Shown here: piece after piece, positions 55,881 to 64,000 of the stretch
How positions within the stretch are numbered: the first letter of the stretch is position 1
Layout: each line of letters starts with the position of its first letter
Assembly (NCBI RefSeq): GCF_009914755.1
Contig: NC_060940.1
Reading direction: 5' to 3' (one strand)
Length of the DNA stretch: 64,000 bases
DNA from: the human T2T-CHM13v2.0 reference genome, Homo sapiens
Program-made: the position numbers and the translations under genes
The notes under the pieces: generated by a model
Told to the model about the DNA's origin: nothing
The model's database searches: none
What the model saw: only the letters and a program-made list of their open reading frames with translations

Positions 55881-57594
55881 GCTGGATAACAGGGAAATGT
55901 CGTAGCATGTCATAATTGTTAGGAACATAAATTTCAAAATCAGAAAGCCCTGATTTGAGTTTTAATCAGATGTAACTTTGGGAAAGGTGCTTACCTTTCT
56001 GAAATTTAATTTCCTCATCTATAAAATAGGAATTGCTATTGCCTCTTTCATATTGTCTTGGACCAGATTAATGAGAAGATGTTTGTGTGTAGAACATTTG
56101 ATGTCATGCTCAGCACATACTAAGCTCCTCAATAATGTTAGTGATTATATTTTAGGTTTAACAACATAGTGCCTTTCATTTCTATGATTATATTATTCTG
56201 ATTTACTTCCAAATGTGTCAGAATAATAAGAAGACAAAAGCTACCCATGAAAATTAATTAAAGTGAATTTCGTCATTCTGATCATATGTTTAATAAAACT
56301 ATAGCCAACATCAGCCCAGTGCAAAATTATTTTTTCTGAAGAGTAACTATACCTATTTGAAGGTTCAACTAAAATATCACCTATTTTTCTATTTTATACC
56401 TTCCTGATAATAACCAGGGGATTATCACTCAGCTTTTTGGCCCCTCTGTTGTACCTGCTGCAGGCATATATTACAGCATTCCTCATAGAACTATGCAAAC
56501 AACTGCCTGAGAGCAAGTACATCTCCTCCTCTGAACTGGGAATGCATTACATTTATGGACTAAGTCTTATACACATAATGTCCCTACATTTATATCTAAC
56601 ATGTAGTTTGGTCAATAATGGGTCCTCTACTATAATGGATGAGCAAAAAACATAGATGAATAGCTTAATGGATTAATGACATGGGAAAAGTCAGTTGTTG
56701 GTGCTCACATTTTCCTTTCAAAAACTTCCTGCCCTGTCATGACATTTTCTGCCTCATTGGGATGGGGTTTTGCCCCAAGATACTGTGATGATAGCTTCCA
56801 TTAAGATGTTTGTAACAAAAAATATAATACTTGTCTTCTCTTTGAGGAAATTGTATTTTAACCAGGGTTATTAGGAGATATGTAGATATGTGAAGATATA
56901 TTATTATGTAAAAACAACTAGAAGCTGAGATATGATATGGATATTTGAAGGGAATTATAGGCCATTTCAAATTCTTTTCAAATGATAAGTATGCAACTCT
57001 GTTCATGAGGTCAGTTTTCCATCATTTCAAGAGTAAAAATTAGGAATAAGGAAATTGCTCTGTTTGTGCTTTTGCTCTCCCTTTATGGAGAGGCACTTCC
57101 TTTTTTGACACCAACAAGAGACATTCCATCCACTCAGCCAAGAGCATCATGCAGAGTATGCATCATTTGAGGAAATTCAAATGGCTGGGAAGTCAAGACC
57201 TCTAGATTCTAAAGAATCTTACAGATCATCTTCTCCATTCTTCTGTTTCTAGAGACAAGAGCTGTGTTGAAATGCAGGGCAGCCTCATGTTTATATCATC
57301 TTTGTGGACTAAAATAATTTGTTTACAACTCTTTTTTTTTTTCAAATACTTTCAAATAGTACAAAGGAAAGAGAGGCCAGGCATGGTACGACCCTTGCCC
57401 TGCTGACAATGGCAGCTACTAGAATTGCAAGTAGAGTAAATAGAAAAATCTCTGTAATTCCCCTTGAAACAAACTAACAAGAGTGGAAAAAATTATTGTT
57501 TATTTTATAATATTGATAATTGTTATACTATTAATAATAGTAGCTGCTATTTATTTAGTGCTTGCAATATGTTAGACATTGTACTAACATCTAA

Positions 57595-57898
<304 letters not shown>

Positions 57899-58937
57899 TT
57901 TGGTTTGTTTTTTAATCTCTATGAAACATCTGAGAATGAAGTGCTATTATCCAATTTTAGACAATAGGAAAGTCTTCTTAGAGGTTAAATAATGTAGACA
58001 ATATCAGATCTCTGTACATGCAAAGTCATGTTTTCCACCACAGAGCTCTATGCCTCGGTACCCACAGAAGCATTGTAATTTCCATTTCAAAAACGGCACC
58101 ATCGCTTGTTCAAAATCTTTAAGATTATAGAAAGGTACACAAGAGATGGACTTTCCAGATAGAATGTTTATCTTTTTGGATCATAAAGATTAACAGCAAT
58201 AGTGTTTTTAAAATCTTCTTAAGCAAGTGCCTTGGAGGTACAATAAGCACAATTCCTTGAATGTCCCTCTGAAGCTGCTCATGGAGTTTCACTCTCTATA
58301 TTGGCCACTAAAATCTTTAAATAGCCCTATCTGTGCTTTGTGGCTTTCATTACAATGTTCCTCCTAGCGTCTGTAGTCAGAGGCTATGGGAAACATGTGG
58401 CTGGATATAAAGTTAACCCTAGCATGAGGCACTCAGAGTCAGCAGAGACCAGTATTAGGGCATGCAATAGTCATCTCTTCTGCAGGCTTGCTTAAGATCT
58501 TTAGGTTTTCCCCATCCTTGAATTGAGGAATTTCGAACTTGTGAAATTCTCTTTTTGTTTTTTTTTGTTCAGTAAAGCTGAGCCCACCTAGAGGGTCTGG
58601 CAGACCCATTGCTCAAGTCTGTAACTGAAATTGGATGGCCTTACTTCATATTCAATTGGAATATTTTTCTTCTTATTTCTCTTTTTAAAAATCAATAAAT
58701 GCTTTATGATGCCTTTAAAAGAGATTGAATGAGTGGAAATCAGGTTTTTCCATCGTATTGTGGCAACTAAACACTCTGGAATAGATCCAATTTCAAATAT
58801 CCTATCTTGTCCCCCATTTGTATATTAAGTCAATATTTGCTGACTTTTTATTAGAGAGATATGCTTTCCTCAGAGAGCAGAAAAGGAAAGGAAGCCTTTT
58901 GATCATCAACACTTTTGGCCAGGAATTAGACTTGGGG

Positions 58938-58972
<35 letters not shown>

Positions 58973-59031
58973 TAAGTATGTACTTGTGTACATATGTATA
59001 CATATGTGGATACGTGTGTGTGTGTGTGTGT
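58938..59031. repeat. Compound (CA)n / alternating purine-pyrimidine spacer / (GT)n repeat
   Basis: Read directly. Confidence 0.97.
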
Positions 59032-60642
59032 TTTGTCCTTATCATGCTCCCATTACAACAGTGGAAAAATTGAAGCCTACAAATTTCTCTTGGCTATACT
59101 GCTTTTAAATAGCTGTGATAGAGTTCCAACCTGATAGTCTGTCTTTAAAGCCTGTGGTCATTTTTCTTAATCTTCCTATGTCCTCAAACTTATTTTTTAA
59201 AGGTAAATTCTTCCATCTTCATCCAAACCTATTTCTCTTGAGAACATACCCCAGGCTCCTGGTCATCTGGCTACAGATGCCAGGTAAAGGGGTAAGTTGC
59301 CCTGTCCTGAGCCTTCTATCTATTCTATCCAGCTTCCTGTCTGTCTTGTCTTGTCCTAACTCCTTAATTCTTGCTCCTGGGAGGTGTGAATCAAACACCA
59401 TACACCTGAACTGGTGCCTGCCTGAAGAGCCATGATTGATTACCATGTACTAATTACTTGGAAGGATTGGGAGTGGGTACGAGAATAAAGATGATCACAG
59501 AACAGTTAAAAAGAGATTTGTTTCTCTTTTTGCTGCTCCCCTGTCATTTGCAAATGTCTGTTGGTTTTCTTTCAGCATATTTGTGATTAAGAATCCTGCT
59601 GAGATGACACTTGGTGATTTGAAAAGCCAAGTGTTTCTGCATTTCCGCAGGTAATTTAGCGATGCATCCATGGGAAGCCCATCCACACATTACAAGAGCA
59701 AAGCTCTCCATAACCTTTTAAAAAGTCTGTAACAATTGACATAAAAACACTAAGGTGAAATTTTCTAGTGAGAACGTAATTGATGAAATACTATTAAGAT
59801 TTTCATTAATAAATCCTTTGACTATCAGGTTTTCACGTTATCTTGCTGCTTCTCTTAAACACATGCAGCAACACCATTCTGATGATAGTTAATAACCAAA
59901 AAAGTAAACATAGCTTTTAGGTAATTTATGTGGCAGACATGCCCATCAGGTATCATTACTGGAATCTTTCTATGTATGAGTCAGGGCCAGGGGAGAGTTG
60001 AAATTAAATCTTTCTAAGGAAAATAACCTACACAGGTTTGCAAGATTCAAAATTATAAGAGTGACCCCTAGTGACTATGAAACTGCTTAAATCTTTCCTG
60101 AATCTCAGTATAGTGTTCAATGTGAACATCTGAAGAAAGAGAATATCTTTTTTAAAGCACAAAAAACTTATTCATTTTGAATTTAGTAGTTATGTTTTGA
60201 AAATAGTAGGAATGGACTATCCCTCAAACCATTGTTTTTTTGGGTTTTTTTCTCCAGTAAAATACGTATGTGCTTTACTATTCCTTCTTTGGTTTACATC
60301 AAAGAGCCTGCATTGTGAACCTACTGCGTGCAAAGTGCCCGGAAACTTTTGAGGATGGGAAGATTAAGGTCTCCTCATGGTTTCTCCGGTGCCTGCAGAC
60401 TCAGGAGGAAAGAGATAAGCAAACAGGAGTCTTGCAGGACAGTGAGGGGCGAAGGGATAAGTGAGACAACAGAGTGTAATAACAGGGGCCCTAAGAACAG
60501 AATCATTTGTATAACGGTTACATGGTCATTCCTATAGAGGACAGATTAGAGTAAGAATTTACCCAATGGAAAGTAACAGGGGGTGGCTCTACCTAGGCAC
60601 AAATAAATGAAACAACATATTTTTGTGTAAGAATCACGAGTA

Positions 60643-60974
<332 letters not shown>

Positions 60975-61623
60975 TCAGCAGGGATAGAGAGGTGAGCTAT
61001 CAAGATGTACAAGATGGAGCTTGAGACATAAGCATGAGATAGCTCAGAACAGTCTTTGTACACTGCTGTTGGCCCTTCTGCTGAAGGCAATAGGACTAGG
61101 TTTAAGCAAGAAACTAAGGTACACTGATTAGCATTTTGGAAGAACTGTCTGGCTTCTAGGCAGAAGGTGGTGTCAGAGCAACCAAGACTAGTTGCAGAGA
61201 GATCACATAGGAGGACTCCAGCATTTTCACTGTTGGAAATGTAAGGCTTCTCTTTCTTCACCTAGATCATAGATATCTGGGCCTTGTGCTTTATACTTCA
61301 TTCAAATTTGTATTATCAGTAGACATAATAGGTTTTGAAAAATGCATATTGAATAAAAATTAGCATTAATTTTACTCTGAGTTAAATTACATTGCCATAT
61401 CTATGTGTTCATGTATAAATGTGTTAAATATACATATTTATATATGTATATATGTCTATAAATTACAAACACTCATATACTTTGATAATACATGTTAATG
61501 AAAAAGCATGTATTTTGGTTGTGTAGAAGTAGAAACATTAATTCAGATATAATAACTATATAAACCACATCATGTTTTATTTTAGAATCAAACCTTTTAA
61601 ATCTTCATTACATAAAGACTTTC

Positions 61624-61770
61624 AGTCAGGCACCATGGTGTGCATTTATGGTTCCAGCTATTTGGGAAGAGGCTTGAACCCAGGAGTTTGAAGCTGCAGT
61701 GTGCTATGATCATGCCTGTGAACAGCCACTGAACTCCAGCCTGAGCAGCATAGCAAGACCCTACCTCAAA
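61624..61770 (+). mobile_element. FAM (fossil Alu monomer, 7SL-derived)
   Basis: gctgcagtgtgctatgatcatgcctgtgaacagccactgaactccagcctg retains the 7SL-like GTGAATAGCCACTG segment. Confidence 0.8.
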
Positions 61771-61781
61771 TTTATGTATAT

Positions 61782-61890
61782 AATGAACCAGAAAGTACCT
61801 GTATTATTGATATTAAATGAACCAGAATGTACCTATATTAAGTGAATTATTATATTAAATGAACCAGAATGTACCTGTATTATTGATATA
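61782..61890. repeat. AT-rich minisatellite, 3 units of 34-42 bp
   Basis: Core aatgaaccagaa(a/t)gtacct(g/a)tatta at 61782, 61816 and 61858. Confidence 0.9.
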
Positions 61891-62114
61891 ATAAATCAAA
61901 TATATATATTTATTACATATATTAAGTATATAAATATATATTAAATATATATATATATATTATTAGATGGATCAGAAAGTACCTGAAGAAGGTTTTGTAT
62001 CCCTAGTTTTTTCAGATATGATGTCAGAAATCCAAACATGGAACTACAAACCTTGTATTGATGATTGAATTCTCACCTTTCTGATACATCAAAACATTTA
62101 CTTCAACATCTTAC

Positions 62115-62474
62115 TACCTTAGTTTGCTAGGGCTGCCATAAGCAAATGCCACACACTGAATGGCTTAAACAACAGAAATTTATTATCTCACATTTCTGGA
62201 GGCTGGAAGTCCAAGATCAAAGTGTTGGCAGGTTTGGTTTTTCCTGAGGCCTCACTCCCTTGGCTTGCAGATGGCCACCTTCTTGCAGTTTCCCCACACA
62301 GCCTTTTCTTTGTGCTTCCCTGATACCTTTTCCTCTTCCTATAAGGATACCAGACATATTAGATTAGGGCCTTAACTAATCTGTCCTCTGACCTCAACCT
62401 CCAAATATACAGTCACATTGGGAATTAGAGTTTTGACATGTGAATTTTGGGGCAACACAATTCATTCCATAACT
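62115..62474 (-). mobile_element. MaLR solo LTR (MLT1A0-like)
   Basis: ttagtttgctagggctgccataa...ggcttaaacaacagaaatttatt...ggaggctggaagtccaagatcaa...acacaattcattccataac. Confidence 0.9.
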
Positions 62475-62617
62475 GTTATAAATTTCCCTGATCAGGAAGT
62501 GATGAAGAAGAGAACTCTTCTTCTAGAGTTATACTTTAAGGAAACATCTTGAACACAATCAGAAACTAGACTTTTGGCAACAGGAAAAGCAATAGCATTG
62601 GAAACTGTAGTGGAGGC

Positions 62618-62990
62618 TGTGGTGTGTTACCCTATTGTCCCCTTTAAAACTAGGGCATTCATTCCTCTAGCTGCTGGAAGTGTTGCCTGCTGAGAAAGCT
62701 CAAGGCTAGGTTGCTTTCCAGAATTTCCCAAAGCCAAAATCAGTTTCTTTGTCCAATGCTAGGTAGCAGTACAAATCCAAAGATGCACCAATATAGGCTT
62801 CCAAAGCCTAGCCCCTAAGCTTCTGCATGGATGTGACAACTCAGAAGTGGCATCCAAAGTCCAGACCTTCTTGTGTTGATGGCTAAATCCTTCATTGAGA
62901 CTGCATTTCAGCCCATCTTCTACCTCTGCCCAATTCTGCTTTCCACCTTCTCTTCCACAGAGTGGAACAGAGAGCACTGAACACAAATCT
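62618..62990 (+). mobile_element. ERVL LTR (LTR16-like)
   Basis: gcattcattcctctagctgctggaagtgttg; cattgagactgcatt...ctctgcccaattctgctttcc. Confidence 0.7.
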
Positions 62991-64000
62991 GTTTTATTAT
63001 TCCCAAGAAATCTAATTATATATATGCCAAACATTGGAATGATGAATAACACTAAAATAATCCATTTTAATGACATCAATCTGTGGAAATAGAGGACATA
63101 ATTTATATCCATATTGTTTTTAAATTATTGATTATTCCTTACTAAATTTGTTTGGTATTACATTGCACCATGATATAAGCATCATGGGGACAGAAATGTT
63201 ACGAAATTGGTTCTTAGAAGCATTCATAGCATCAAATAATATACCTGAAATATTGGGCATACCAATAAAGCTTAAAATTATAGCTTATTGCATATTCCTT
63301 AGAAAGCAGATAAAAATCTTAGTATAGTTTTGCATGTACAATTATTGTATATCCATCAAAGACTGGGTCAAAAGCTACTTCATAATGTTTGCATTGATTT
63401 ACCCCAGGTAAAAGAATCAGTCCTCACTGAGTTCTCTGCTGCTCCTTTGCAATGTCTGTTCCTTCCTGCCATCTATTACAGTTATTTAGCTCTCTTTGTT
63501 ACATTTTTTTATTAATCAGCAAACCATGAAGTTGAATGAAGGAAATTGCATCCATTCTCCATGATGGCTGAAGAAGGTGTGGAGGAGGGAAGCCACATGT
63601 GGATGGAAGCTTTTTGAAGCATAAACATTTGGATACACTCTAAGATTTGGAACAATCTTCACCATGACCAGGAAATCATTTATATTGCAGTATCCCCTAC
63701 TGTGCCTAAAAATGTGATGTGTTCACTTTGTCTTACAATTGATTTCTAATGACTTCAAACTTATATATCTTCTTTGTGTCTTAAAGTAAATTTCAAATAA
63801 TGGAATGTCAAGCATCAGAATAGAGGGGTAGAGATGTACAAGTATTGCAGTTATGTCCTTGATACTGATTTAAGTAAGCACTACCTACCTCTATTCTAAC
63901 ATTGTTGTAGATTATGAACCCTGGTAAATTTTATAGCTGCCACCTTTGTCTGCCTGATCCTATACGCTTAAATCTGTCCAGTCCACCTATGTATGAAGTG

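Noticed and set aside
61782-61986. Repeat-spacer-like pattern as a CRISPR-like array
   Set aside because: Primate nuclear DNA; the spacers are related low-complexity AT sequence and there are no cas genes.

Overview
AT-rich, CpG-depleted, repeat-dense primate (most likely human) genomic DNA. It looks like an intron of a long transcription unit or a gene-poor intergenic region. I recognise no intact protein-coding gene. The only ORFs in the track with recognisable protein similarity are decayed LINE-1 ORF2 fragments; the rest are Alu, LTR or microsatellite read-through, or unrecognised short ORFs. The window holds five larger L1 insertions: a 5'-truncated young L1PA, an L1PB with both termini but most of its interior missing, a short L1PA15/16-like copy, a 5'-inverted L1PA7/8-like copy and an old L1M. 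It also holds 11 Alu-family copies, about 13 solo LTRs (MaLR, ERV1, ERVL), MER5/MER58/Tigger3/MADE DNA-transposon remnants, many MIR/L2 fragments and several microsatellites. Subfamily names come from my recall of consensus sequences and need RepeatMasker/Dfam confirmation. I cannot support a new biological system. The best leads are: (i) short unique blocks that keep CpGs against a depleted background (5.7, 11.6, 44.5, 52.4-53.0 and 55.4 kb), some with splice signals suggesting an unannotated + strand transcript; (ii) the internally deleted L1PB with an intact TSD; (iii) a near-consensus p53 element in an LTR10-like LTR; (iv) a triple ACGTG (HRE/E-box) cluster.
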